DNA from: Raja brachyura
Taxonomy: Eukaryota
Length of the DNA stretch: 64,000 nt
Direction: 5' to 3'
NCBI GenBank assembly: GCA_963514005.1
Contig: OY740783.1
Location: 26,784,001-26,848,000 of the forward strand
The position numbers and the translations under genes are program-made. Of the stretch, positions 37,595 to 49,290 are shown one piece after another; the first letter of the stretch is position 1, and every line of letters starts with the position of its first letter. The notes beneath the pieces are model-generated. The model was not told the origin of the DNA. It was given only the letters and a program-made list of their open reading frames with translations, and did no database searches.

Positions 37595-39937
37595 TCATAC
37601 ATAATCGCCGTAACGGTCAGGCGCCCGTACAATGCGGCCTGAGCGGGTGCGAACCCCGCTCACACCCCCTTCCCCCAAAGGAACGGAGACAGGGGGGAAC
37701 CCCACGACAGGGGAACCACGAAGCGGGGAGACGCGCGGTGACAAAGGGATGGGAGGCGATCGGGGAGACGGGGGAGAAATAGGCGGAGGCACGGGAACAG
37801 GCACAGGGAGAAGGACTGGGACGGGCCGAGCAGGCGCAGGCATGGGGAAAGCAGACAGAGGGGAAGCATGGGGAAGAGCAGGAGGTGGAGGAGGCTCATT
37901 CACCAGGCGGAGGTGCTGACGGGAACGACGGTAAACTGTGCCGTCCAGGTTAACCAGGTAGGAGCGAGGTGAAACAGCAGTTCCGACAACAACCGCGAGT
38001 CTAGGGCGACCGGAGGTGGAACGCATACGGACAACCTGACCCGGAGAAAGGGGAGGAAGAGGACGACAGGACCTATCATGGGAGCGCTTCTGAATGGACT
38101 GCTTAGCAGCAATGCGCTCATGGACCATGGCAGGCTTGAGAACAGCGGGAATTAGAGTTTGCTGGGCCACCGGAATGGGAGGGCGTGTGACACGGGACAT
38201 GAGGCGCTGCGCCGGGGACCCCAAGACGCTGTCACGGGAGATGTTGCGGAGGTTTAGTAAAGCAAGGTAAATGTCAGATTTTGAAATGCGGCAGCGTTCC
38301 AACAAGTCCTTTGCGCTGCGGACAGCACGCTCGGCCAGGCCGTTGCTTTGAGGGTATTCAGGGCTGCTGGTGTAGTGGCGAAAGTTCCAGTTGTCAGCAA
38401 AGTCCTTGAACTCAGCGCTGGTAAATTGGCTGCCGTTGTCTGACTGCAGGCTCGCGGGCGATCCAAAGTTCGCGAAGTGGCAGCGCAGCTTCGTAATGAC
38501 AGCAGAAGAGGAGAGAGAGGACAGCTGGTCGACCTCGAACCAGCTAGAGTAGGAGTCGACAAGCACCAGGAAGTGCTTGCCGTGCCATTCAAAAATGTCT
38601 GTTGCCAGCGCAGACCATGGCAGGTCTGGTGCGGGCTGCTGCAAAAGGGGCTGCCGCTGCTGTTGTGGTGCGAGACTGTTGCAGGTCGGGCATGAGGACA
38701 CCCGGTCTCGGAAGTATGCAGCCATATCAGGCCAGTAAAACTGGCTTTGGGCGATGGAGAGAGTGGCCTCGGCCCCTGGATGGCCATGATGAGCAGTGTC
38801 GAAATACTGTTGCCGCAGAGCCTCAGGCACCAAAACCTTGTGGCCTTTGACGATAACGCCATCTCGCAGCACCAGCTCATCACGGACCAGGAAGTAGGGA
38901 ACTGCCGCGGCCGGTAGGGAAGAGCGCCGCTCGGGCCAGCCCCGCTGAATGACCGACGCCAGCTGTTGGAGAGAGGCGTCGGCAGCAGTGTGCTTGACCA
39001 GAGACTTCAGTTGCTTAGAAGGCACAAAATTGACGTTTAGGACGATCATGCTTGAAGCCTCATAAGGGTGACGGATGGTCGAAGGCAGGGGAGCCCGAGA
39101 CAAAGTGTCAGCAATAAACATGTCCTTGCCTTTACGGTACACCACGGAGAAGTTGAAATGTTGTAATTGAAGCATCATCCGCTGCAGCCTGGAGGAGGCA
39201 GCATGAATCGGCTTACCGAGGATGGTGACCAGAGGTTGGTGGTCTGTTTCGACGGAAAATTCGGTGCCCAGGATATAGTCCTTGAACTTCGAACAGGCAA
39301 ACACGACAGCCAGCAGTTCCTTCTCAATCTGTGCATACCGCTGCTCAGCTGGAGTCATTGTGCGGGACGCAAAAGACACAGGCAACTGTACTCCATCATG
39401 TATTTGCAAACAGGCAGCACCCAGCCCGAACTTGGAGGCATCACAAGTGATGACGACTGGTCGGTTCAAGTCAAAATATTTCAACGTCGGAGTGCAGATG
39501 AGTCTGGACAGCAGCACATCGAAGGCAGTCTGGTGTTGCGGGAACCAGGACCATGCAGTATCTTTCTTCACCAAGTCTCGTAAGGGCGCACTCAACTCAC
39601 TCAAGTCAGGGATGAACTTTCCCAGGTAGTTAACCATGCCGAGGAATCGCTGAAGGCTCGGCACGTCCACAGGAGCAGGCATCTCGGAAATTGCAGCGGT
39701 CTTCTGAGGATCTGGTTTCAGTCCGGACGCTGTGAAAACGTGTCCGACATAGGTGACCTCCGGGACGCGGAACCGGCATTTGCTGGGGTTGAGCTTCAGG
39801 TTTACCTCCCGAGCCCGATCCAAAACAAGTCGGAGGTTGTGGTCGTGCCGTTCGACATCTTTTCCATACACAAGGATGTCGTCGACGATGATAGCGCATG
39901 GGAGCCCCGCGAACAGTTCCGCGAACAGTTCCGGCAA
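37595..39937 (-). pseudogene. 5'-truncated Gypsy pol: C-terminal RT, RNase H and integrase (780 open codons)
   Basis: RT motif IIVDDILVYG. RNase H motifs CDASKFGLGA and YAQIEKELLA. Integrase HHCC (AHHGHPG..CPTC) and D,D35E (ATDIF, SDNGSQF, NGLAERAV). Pro-rich linker and RTRSGR tail. The ORF opens on TTG; protease and N-terminal RT are missing. Confidence 0.92.
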
Positions 39938-40020
39938 CGCTGCACTGACTGGGAGCTGGAGGCAAAGCTAGCCCCACGGCGAGCTTGCTGAGCAGGGCGC
40001 CGGGTGGCAACGGTAGCCGC

Positions 40021-40572
40021 TCAAACCTCATGGTCAGATGTGGTCACAGCAGAGGTAACAGCCTCCGACAATTTGGAGGCATGTAGAGCACCATGGAGGG
40101 TCAGGTCCGGCTTGCATAGGAGCTCTGAACGCAACTTTTCATTCCGCAGACCGTACACCAAAACATCGCGGGTTAGGGTGTCGGGGGTCACGTCAGCCAG
40201 TTTGCACCGTCTAGCCAGATGCCGTAGGGCAGCGTAGTAGTTGCCTATAGACTCACCGGGATTCTGACGACGACCAAAGAACTTAAAGCGCTCCAGGATA
40301 GAGTTTGTGGGGATGTCGCACATTTCAGAGAACTTCCTGATTAGGCAATTCAGGTCCGTGGGGTCTTCATCTTGCCCGTATTCAAACGATTCAGAGCGCT
40401 CGAGAGCCTCAGAGCCGGCCAAATTCAAAAGTAGTGAAGCTTTAACTGCAACGGAAGCAGCTGGGTGAACGATAGCCACATAATGCTGGAAGTCCCGACG
40501 GAATGCATTCCATCGGTGAGCGATGTCATCGTCAAAGACCAGAGGTTCTGGCTTACGGCAGGAGGAAGCCAT
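40021..40572 (-). CDS. Gypsy gag (capsid region), 183 aa, ended by a probable premature TGA
   Basis: ATG-initiated MASSCRKPEPLVFDDDIAHRWNAFRRDF...ERFKFFGRRQNPGESIGNYYAALRHLARRC...RDVLVYGLRNEKLRSELL, a typical Mag/Gypsy gag with an MHR-like R-Q-x-x-GES motif. Confidence 0.88.
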   Translation of the reverse strand: MASSCRKPEPLVFDDDIAHRWNAFRRDFQHYVAIVHPAASVAVKASLLLNLAGSEALERSESFEYGQDEDPTDLNCLIRKFSEMCDIPTNSILERFKFFGRRQNPGESIGNYYAALRHLARRCKLADVTPDTLTRDVLVYGLRNEKLRSELLCKPDLTLHGALHASKLSEAVTSAVTTSDHEV

Positions 40573-40623
40573 GAACCGACCGGGAAGGGTAACTGGGGCA
40601 AAAAAAATTAAACGCGAGAAACA

Positions 40624-40654
40624 GGAGGCGTGGGTGTAGAACCCGCTGACACCA
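40624..40654 (-). promoter_or_regulatory. Primer-binding site complementary to the tRNA-Leu 3' end
   Basis: Minus strand TGGTGTCAG abuts the 5' LTR. The plus strand GGAGGCGTGGGT...CTGACACCA resembles the vertebrate tRNA-Leu(CAA/CAG) 3' end GGAGGCGTGGGTTCGAATCCCACTYCTGACACCA. Confidence 0.8.
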
Positions 40655-40860
40655 TGTAAATGATGTTACTCACACAGTGTTTCTTTACTAATACTTTATT
40701 GATTACATATGCACTAGTGCCCTAGCTGTACATGGTCTGTACGTTCAAACTACTAGAGGAGGTACCAGGGGATGGAGAGACATTAATATACTGGTTAAAC
40801 GGGGAGTGGTCAGGGAAGCTACACAATCTATAATTAAAGGGACATGCACTATCATCTACA
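40655..40860 (-). repeat. 5' LTR of the Gypsy element
   Basis: Direct repeat of 37297-37502 (offset 3358). Followed on the minus strand by the PBS TGGTGTCAG. AATAAA on the minus strand at 40695-40700. Confidence 0.96.
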
Positions 40861-43399
40861 GTTACCATAGTGGCTTATAAAAGGCTTTTAGATAGATACA
40901 TGAATATGCAGGGTATAGAGGGATATGGATCATGTGTCGGCAGAAGAGATCTGCTCAGTGAGGCACAGTCATTGTGAGCCGAAGGGCCTGTTCCTGTGTG
41001 TACTATTCTGTGTTCTATGTCTATGTTAACTCACATACAACTCAAATCCCACTGTCAGAAAAATATATTTGCATCTGTTAAGAGAGGGGAAGAAGATTCA
41101 CTAACAAAGAGCTTAAATAGCTGGTGGGACATTGACTCTGCCCAATTTGCCTCATCATCTCGGCTGGAGGAAAAGAGGTTGAAACTTTGAATTCTTGAGT
41201 ACAGAGACACAGAGCTGAGGTAACCTTCCTGATATAGGTTTAAGCAGTAAACCTGAGATGTGATGCTCTTGTTTTCTTCATGGGGTCAAAGACTTCTTTC
41301 TTCTACTCCAGCTTAATGGATTTTAGAGGCGGCTGATTTGACCAGAGTCTATGACTAATACAGTAGGAGTTGCTTGATGGACCAAAGGAGTGGTTAATTC
41401 GGAATGTTGTACACTCTGCCACCATTAGCATGGATTTGTGTGTGTTCCCAGCAAAGGAACTCCAAGTTTGTAATACTATGTTGAATGCTCCTCCATTTCC
41501 TTTTGTCATGGACCAGTGATTCACCTTATTTGGTGGGAATACAAGTGCAAACATCCTTCAAACGTTTCTTCTGTCCATTTTGTAATATCTTGCTCAGAAT
41601 AGATTGCGTCTATCAGTCAGTAACAGCTGGCTGGAATCGTCCTGAAGCTAAGTTGTTGAGATTGTGACCTTGACCTCAATTGAGAAAGTAGTCTAGCCAC
41701 ATGTGCGAACTGTACCTGAGATCTCAAATCTCAGTAAGAACAATCTTGGAGAAATGTAGATTGCTTAAACATTAATCCTTAGAAAAGTATGGATATGAAC
41801 GTGGGCTCCTGTAAACTTTAGGGTCCAAAATATGATGAACGCCTCTGTGCTTTTTCCCACGTGGTTACTGTGGTGCCTATGATTTGCTCTTCCATTTCCA
41901 CATGAGCCAGAAAGACAATAGTCATTGGAAATCAGTTTTATGGGGGAAAAATGCAGCTGAATATCCACAGAAGGTTTAATAATCAGTCTGGCAAAGAACA
42001 TGGTTTGTGCGTGATTTGACCCATTAAGGAATGAAGATCCAGAAGAAACAGCATTAGTTAGTTGATCTGGAGGTAAGCAATGACCATTGATTTTTCAAAC
42101 CAATGATGCTGCAAGACTAAAAAACATTGCATTGTTATTGATAACTTGAGAGAATTTTACACCTCATCATGTTTCTTTTTGTTAGTTCGGAGTCATAGTT
42201 GCCATATGGTCTTAAGAAGTTGTGAAAGGGTCAAAATTCTATTCCTGGTTAAATGAAGAATGCTGCTTTCCTCAGTATGATAAGAATGAATTTATAGTCT
42301 GAGCTTTTATGTTTTCAGGTTATATTTGCTCTTTGATTGCAGTGAATGTTTCTACCAAATAATTATTTCTGTAATTGAAATATCCTGTTCCAGTTAAAGA
42401 GGCAGTAGGGTCTGTCATCCAATACCATGACATCAAAAGTACTAGAGTGTTTTTATATCATATAGGCAGTAAAAAAATTGTGAGTTTTGTAGGAAACCTT
42501 TCAACTTGACAAAATTTTTCAGATTGATTCTTCTCAATGGCGCACACAACCACTGGACGTTTAAAATAACTATCACTACCCTTAGATTGTATGCTGATTC
42601 AAACATAAAATGCAAGACAACTGCAAATGAAAATGTTCCAAAATGGCTATTTACAAACATAAGGCAAATGATAACGTTGAACGATTTCCCAGTCAAACCA
42701 CTGCTGAAGCAGCAAATACAGATATAGATATAGGTTGTATGAAATTTGGTTTACACAATAAGAAAAGAAGTGTAGCTGCTGGGATGTGGCAAACCTCTCG
42801 CGCTTACTATTGTAGCCATTATTTATTGCTTCTGTGGTTTAATCAACTAGAGGTACAAACCACGTGTAAGGTTAACAAAATGGAATTCTGTACAGAGTTC
42901 ATAGCAGATGTAAAACATTTCCATCTACACAGATGTGTCCATTCACATGTACATAAGCACAGCATGTATTTTAGAGAAACAGAATAAATATTAAAATGGG
43001 GGGTTACACAAAAAGCTGGAGAAACTCAGCGGGTGCAGCAGCATCTAAGGAGCGAAGGAGAATATTAAAATGATTACCATGACAATTATAGCTAAAACTA
43101 TTGTCAGTGAAATTTCAACTGTCTTACATCAGTATGTTCTGCAGGTGAGCCTCCAAACACAATGAAAAATATAGAAATCAGATTTTTATCTTTTTTGGTG
43201 AGCTTAACCACTATGACATTTAGTGCGTTTGCTTATTTATGATGGGGTTGAGCTGGTAGATAAAAACCCACCAAGATTTCCTTCAGAAGAGCCTGATAGG
43301 AAGTGGCTAGGATAGCACTGGAGAGGAGCGAGAATTTCCAAAGTAGGAATTCATCCGACATGAAAATATTGAAAACCTTAGTGTTCACATGAGAAGGAT

Positions 43400-44050
43400 G
43401 CCAATGTACCTGAATTAAAGAAAGTTAACATGCATGTATTGCAATAATAGTACATAACTTAAGGCCAAAAATAGTGTGTACCAAAAGTAAAGGTTTTCTA
43501 ATTTAGTAGAGCTCTGGTTAAACAGGTCCAGTTTTCCGATTAACAAAAGCTTACAATTCTTGATTAGTCAGGGTGTCAGGGGTATGGGGAGAAGGCAGGA
43601 GAATGGGATGGACAGGGAAAGATAGATCAGCCATGATTGAATGGCAGAGTAGACATGATCGGCCAAATGGTCAATTCTGCTCCTGGAACATATGAACTAT
43701 GAACAATTACAATAAAGGTGGCGATATTGACCGATTGATAGGTGGGATGGGGAAAGGGTTGTTCCAGGAGGGGTAGTTGAACTAGACTGTTCTATATTCT
43801 CTTAAGATCAGAAGAAACATGCAAATAATCTCACATGGCTCGATGGGGTAAATGCCAGGATGGTGCTGGTGTGTGGAACCTGGGGTTGTGGCCTCAAAAT
43901 AAGAGGTGACTGATTCAGGACTGAAATGAGGAGAAATTTCTTAACCAGATTTTAATCTTTAAAATTCTCTACCCTAGATAGCTGCAGGAGTTCAGATTCA
44001 AATCGGAGATCAAAAGATTATTGGAGGTTAAAGAAAATGAAGGTAATGGG
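43400..44050 (+). mobile_element. Old CR1 fragment with a nested younger CR1 tail (~43555-43705)
   Basis: ggtgtcaggggtatggggagaaggcaggagaatggg...gatcagccatgattgaatggc tail; ttcaggactgaaatgaggagaaatttctt. Confidence 0.65.
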
Positions 44051-44654
44051 GTTGAACCTGCATTCACCCCACGTTAACTTTCTATCCCCTCTGCCACCTC
44101 ATATGGAGGTCAAATCTTCAAAAGGATTATAATGAAAAGCTTACTCAATTAGGCAAAGGGAAGAGATATGATGGAGTTCAAGCTCAATGGAGGAAGCCCC
44201 TTGCAAATAATGTGCCTAATCCAGACAAAGACCACCTAATGGGTACAGTATGACTGAGCCACAAACCACAAAGGTAAGTGCAATCTGATACTCTCACCAC
44301 CACCTCTGCCAAGGCATCAAAATGGAAGAGTTTTGTCTGCAATCCACATATCCATTATTCCCTGGAGAAGTCAGGCAGTGATCATGACTTATACAATGCC
44401 AGGATAAGGGTAATGCAGATCCACAGCCATAAAGTTACTGTAAGATTGTCCTGGGCCATCTAATCCCACCTATACAGTGGTACAATGGGAAAGCCACTGG
44501 AGATTTTAAGTGTTGATCCAAATGTTACAAGTTTGGATTTTTGTATTGTAGTTATAAATACATTTGAACACTATGATGCTGCTGAAATGTATCCTCATTT
44601 ATTGCAAATCATATTCCTCATGGTACAAAGATAAGTAACGCTAAAGATAGGTCA

Positions 44655-45000
44655 GTCTTCACTAGACCCACCCTGCTGGCATTTGGCCCATATCCCTCTG
44701 AACCTGTTCTATCCATGTATCTGTCTAATTGTTTCTTAAACGTTGCAATCGTCCCTGCCTTAACTATCTCCTCTGGCAGCTCGTTCCATACACCCGCCAC
44801 CTTTTATAGACACTAGACAATAGGTGCAGGAGTAGGCCATTCGGCCCGTTGAGCCATGAATGTGATCACGGCCGATCATCCCCAATCAGTACCCCATTCC
44901 TGCCTTCTCCCCATATCCCCCGACTCCGCTATTTATGTATGAAAAAACTACCCCTCAGATTCCTATTAAATCTTTCCCCCTTCACCTTAAACCTATGTCA
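44655..45000 (-). mobile_element. CR1 3' fragments (nested)
   Basis: Minus ORF AGVWNELPEEIVKAGTIATFKKQLDRYMDR, with a second CR1 tail inserted at ~44808-44932. Confidence 0.8.
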
Positions 45001-45689
45001 CCAGACACCAAGTCATATCTCCAGTCTACCATCCCTTAAATTAAAGCTAAAAGCAACAAAGTAGAGTGACGAGCTTCTAGTTGTGCTTGGATGTTTCCAT
45101 AATGATTACAAGTAGTACCTTTGATCTCTAATTTATGATGGGTAAAGGAGGAAATAGACTTTGGAAGATTGCAAGGACGCTAGGTGTCCATGTAAATAAC
45201 CATCATATACACACTATTATTAACAGTGCCTGGATGTATCCGGCCCAATTTCATGTTGGATACAATCCCACCAGCAGATAATTTTTAATACAATCTACAG
45301 TGGGCCAAATTAATTTTATATGTGGTCGGCACTTGAAAGAATTTGGAAGATAATTGACCAAATTACAAAGTAGTATAATTTTAAAAGTTCAACCTCTTTG
45401 CTCAGGACTAATTAATTTGGTTGTGGGAAGAGGACATAGCTGTCCCCCACACAACAGTGTATTTACTTTCCTTCCAACATGCGAGTGTGTGCCAGAGTTT
45501 AGTACAAAGTCAAGAAGTTTGTGGAAAGGCAGGTGGTGGAGACGTGCACAAAGTGGGACCCAACTGGCATAGACAAATAATTCTGCAAATACCAACAGGG
45601 TCAGTGTTGAAGGAAATCATGAGGTACAAAGAAAATACTCACATTCTAATCATAAATCTTAGAATATTGCAACTATTCCTTTTATCATC

Positions 45690-46155
45690 AGGTCATGTGA
45701 TAGGAGTAGATTTAGGCCATTCGGCCCATCAAGTTTACTCCACCATTCAGGCATGACTCATCTATCTCTCCCTCGTATGTACACCATTCTCCTCCCTTCT
45801 CCCCATAACCTCTGACACCTGTACTAATCAAAAATCGATCTATCTCTGCCTTAAAAATATCCACTGGCTTTGCCTCCACAGTCTTCTGCGGCAAAGAATT
45901 CCACAGATTCACCACCCTCGGACTAAAAAAAAGAAATCCTCCTCATCTTCTTCCTAAAAGAATATCCTTCAATTCTGAGGCTATGACCTCTAGTCCTAGA
46001 CTCTCCCACAAGTGGAAACATCCTCTCCACATCCACTCTATCCAAGCCTTTCACTATTCTGTATGTTTCAATCAGGTCCCCCCTCAATCTTCTAAACTCC
46101 AGCGAGTACAGGCCCATTGCCGACAAACGCTCATCAGAGGTTAACCTACTCATTA
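45690..46155 (-). mobile_element. CR1 LINE 3' fragment
   Basis: GLYSLEFRRLRGDLIETYRIVKGLDRVD and VNLWNSLPQKTVEA in minus ORFs. Confidence 0.92.
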
Positions 46156-46320
46156 TCATTTCAAATGCATCAGCAACAAATAGAAAATGAGCAACTTAAT
46201 ATTTGGCATTAGGTTTATCACAGAACAATAAGAATAGTAATTCTGAGTTGTTACCACCTGATAGCTGCACACTGAATTTGTCAGCTATCCTTTATCTTGT
46301 TTACCAGGATTCATGTAGCT

Positions 46321-46452
46321 GTCTGAAGAAGGGTCTCGACCCGAAACGTCGCCTATCTCCTTCGCTCCTTAGATGCTGCTGCACCCGCTGTGTTTATCCA
46401 GCCTTTTGTGTACCCTCGATTCTCCAGCATCTGCAGTTCCTTCTTTAACACT
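46321..46452 (+). repeat. Penelope-derived repeat starting with a hammerhead core
   Basis: Same sequence as the reverse complement of 7267-7390. Confidence 0.75.
46323..46350 (+). ncRNA. Minimal type I hammerhead ribozyme core (PLE-associated)
   Basis: CTGAAGA-A-GGGTC-TC-GACCC-GAAAC-GTC, identical to the core at 7360-7387 (-). Confidence 0.7.
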
Positions 46453-46839
46453 TCATGTAGCTGACAACCAGTGTCCCCTCTACCGACACCTCCAGCTGAC
46501 CAGCAATATTCCTCGCTGACAGGTGCAAAACTCACTTCCCTCAAGAAATAAAAATGATAATGGACAATTGCTAGCAATTCGTAGTTTTATTTATGAAAGG
46601 GAATTTAGAGTTTTAAATAAAACTGTCAAAATAGAACTTTTGCTGCTGTATACAATCAGGAAATTGGCTTTAAGATTAGTAAAGTAATTGGCATATACAC
46701 CAGACTGCAATCAAATTCAGCTGTTATGCATTTGTTGTTAAATTTATGGTTCTATTTATCTTCACTGTATGTATACTCATTACTCTGTGAACTTCTTGCG
46801 AACAACGAGTATAAGTGAAGATAAATACAACACAAATTC

Positions 46840-47860
46840 AACGTGCATAACAGTAGAATTGTACAAGAATGTAGTTAAATTTGAGCTGTGCAAAATAATA
46901 AAGTACAATGACGAATAACTGAATGAAGTGGAGTTAAGATTAAGAGTTCATGATAGCATCTCTGGGTGTGAAAAAGGTGATTGGTTCAGGAACTGGTTCG
47001 CAGTGGGAAAGAAGCTGTTCTAAAGTCTAGACTTCCAAGCTGTCAAACTCCTGTATATTCTTTAGAATGGAATGGCCAGGGTGACGATACCTATAGTCTT
47101 CCTGAAGCAACTCATCAAGAAGATGGACTGGATGGAAAGAAGGGATGAAATTGACTATGTTCACTATTCCCTGCTAGTTCAGACAATCGAGAGCTGCGCA
47201 GTTGCCATACCAAGCTGAGGTGCATCCTGTCTTAATATGTATATCTAGACATTTGAGAGAACCCTCATGGACATGCTAAGTCTTCTTAGATGCTTCAGAA
47301 TGTAAATATCCTGGTTTACTTTCTTGATCACTACGTCAGTGCGAAGGGACAAGGTTAGATTATTAGTGATATAGATGCCCAGAAAACTAAAGCTGCTGAC
47401 CGTCTTTACAGCAGGTCCGCTGATGAGGACAGGGTTGTGTTCAGTCCTGGGTTTCCTGTATCAACAAATAACTCTTTCATCTTACTGATGTCAAGGACTA
47501 GGTTCTCGATCTCTTTCCTGTACTTCATCCCATCATTGTTGTAGATCTGGCCAACAACTGTTGGTGAACATAAAGATTGCGCCAGTGTTGTAATTGGCCA
47601 CAGAGTCATGTCTGTACAGGGAGAAGAGCAAGGGACTGGGTACAGCCCTATGGGACACCATTGTTGAGGGTTAGGATGGAGGAACTGTTATGATCGATTA
47701 TAACAGACTGATGTCTGCTGATCGCAAAATCCAAAAGTCAATCGCAGGTGGAGGCCCCAACGTCGAGATCCAGAAGTTTAGGAATAGGTTCATTCTTTAT
47801 TGTGCGATTGAAGGCTGAGCTGCAGTCAATTGATAGCATAGGGACACAGGGCATACACGT
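46840..47860 (-). mobile_element. Degenerate Rex1/Babar LINE fragment
   Basis: Minus frames give TVVGQIYNNDGMKYRKEIENLV...ISKMKELFVD and a GVP-GC-PSPLLFSLYRHD RT motif. gaaagaagctgttc is typical of the Rex1 3' region. Confidence 0.75.
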
Positions 47861-48076
47861 CCTACTAAATGCAGAGAAAGCAGCTTTAATTTGTGAAAGA
47901 ACTAGAGTTTTTCAAAAATCTGCACACATGCATAGCTAGAGACACAATAATTTCCTTCTTTGTAACCATTCATTTTGTGGGGAGGATAACTCGACATGCA
48001 GATTACCTCATGGGGCTAAATACAGTTTTGTCATGTTCAACTTATTGAGAAACTCCAGAGGATAAAACAAAGTCAC

Positions 48077-49290
48077 TAGAAACATAGAAACATAGAAAAT
48101 AGGTGCAGGAGTAGGCCATTCGGCCCTTCGAGCCTGCACCACCATTCAATATGATCATGGCTGATCATCCAACTCCGTATCCTGTACCTGCCTTCTCTCC
48201 ATACCCCCTGATCCCTTTAGCCACAAGGGCCACATCTAACTCCCTCTTAAATATAGCCAATGAACTGGCCTCAACTACCTTCTGTGGCAAAGAATTCCAG
48301 AGACTCACCACTCTCTGTGTGAAAAATGTTTTCCTTATCTCGGTCCTAAAGGAATTCCCCCTTATCCTTAGACTGTAACCCCTTGTTCTGGACCTTCCCA
48401 ACATCGGGAACAATCTTCCTGCATCTAGCCTATCCAACCCCTTAAGAATGTTGTACGTTTCTATAAGATCCCCCCCTCAGTCGTCTAAATTCTAGCGAGT
48501 ACAAGCCAAGTCTATCCAGTCTTTCCAAATATGAAAGTCCCGACATCCCAGGAATCAGTCTGGTGAACCTTCTCTGTACCCCCTCTATGGCAAGAATGTA
48601 TTCTCTCAGATTTGGAGACCAAAACTGTATGCAATACTCCAGGTATGGTCTCACCAAAACCCTGTACAACTGCAGTAGAATCTCCCTGCTTCTATACTCA
48701 AATCCTTTTGCTATGAATGCTAACATACCATTTGCTTTCTTCACTACCTGCTGCACCTTCATACCTACTTTCAATGATTGGTGTACCATGACACCCAGGT
48801 CTCGTTGCATCTCCCCTTTTCCTAATTTGCCACCATTCAGATAATAGTCTACCTCCTGTTTTTGCCACCAAAGTGGATAACCTCACATTTATCCACATTA
48901 TACTGCATCTGCCATGCATTTGCCCACTCACCCAGCCTATCCAAGTCACCTTGCAGCCTCCTAGCATCCTCCTCACACCTAACACTAACCCCCAGCTTAG
49001 TGTCATCCGCAAACTTGGAGATGTTGCATTCAATTCCCTCGTCCAAATCATTAATATATATTGTAAATAGCTGGGGTCCCAGCACTGAGCCTTGCGGTAC
49101 CCCACTAGTCACTGCCTGCCATTCTGAAAAGGACCCGTTTACTCCTACCCTTTGTTTCCTGTCTGCCAGCCAGTTCTCTATCCACATCAATAGTGAACCC
49201 CCAATACCGTGTGCTTTAAGTTTGTATACTAATCTCTTATGTGGGACCTTGTCGAAAGCCTTCTGAAAGTCTAGATATAACACATCCACT
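48077..49290 (-). mobile_element. Young 5'-truncated CR1 LINE (RT to 3' tail)
   Basis: [16 protein letters not shown]...PQGSVLGP...FADDTKLG...LYRVLVRPYLEYCIQFWSP...FFTQRVVSLWNSLP; (TTCTATGT)n tail at 48077-48098. Nearly identical to the copy at 7513-7900. Confidence 0.96.

Larger units (their letters stand above)
37297..40860 (-). mobile_element. Ty3/Gypsy (Mag-like, K02A2.6-type) LTR retrotransposon, internally deleted, recent insertion
   Basis: Two 206-bp TG...CA LTRs that look identical. 5-bp TSD GTTAC at 37292-37296 and 40861-40865. PBS, PPT, gag and partial pol are present. Interior is GC/CpG-rich relative to the host. Confidence 0.97.
36790..41022 (+). mobile_element. CR1 LINE fragment (36790-37296 and 40861-41022) split by the Gypsy insertion
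   Basis: SGVLQGSVLG, RFAANTKIG and CEVLQFGR on the left. CR1 3' UTR (gagggatatgg...gccgaagggcctgttcctgtg...ttctatgtctatg) on the right. Joined through the GTTAC TSD. Confidence 0.85.

Noticed and set aside
37632-40237. Plus-strand and alternative-frame ORFs within the LTR element
   Set aside because: Shadow ORFs of GC-rich gag/pol. No env-like or other accessory domain is recognisable.
40624-40654. tRNA-Leu gene fragment ending in CCA
   Set aside because: Abuts the LTR and is its primer-binding site, not a tRNA gene.
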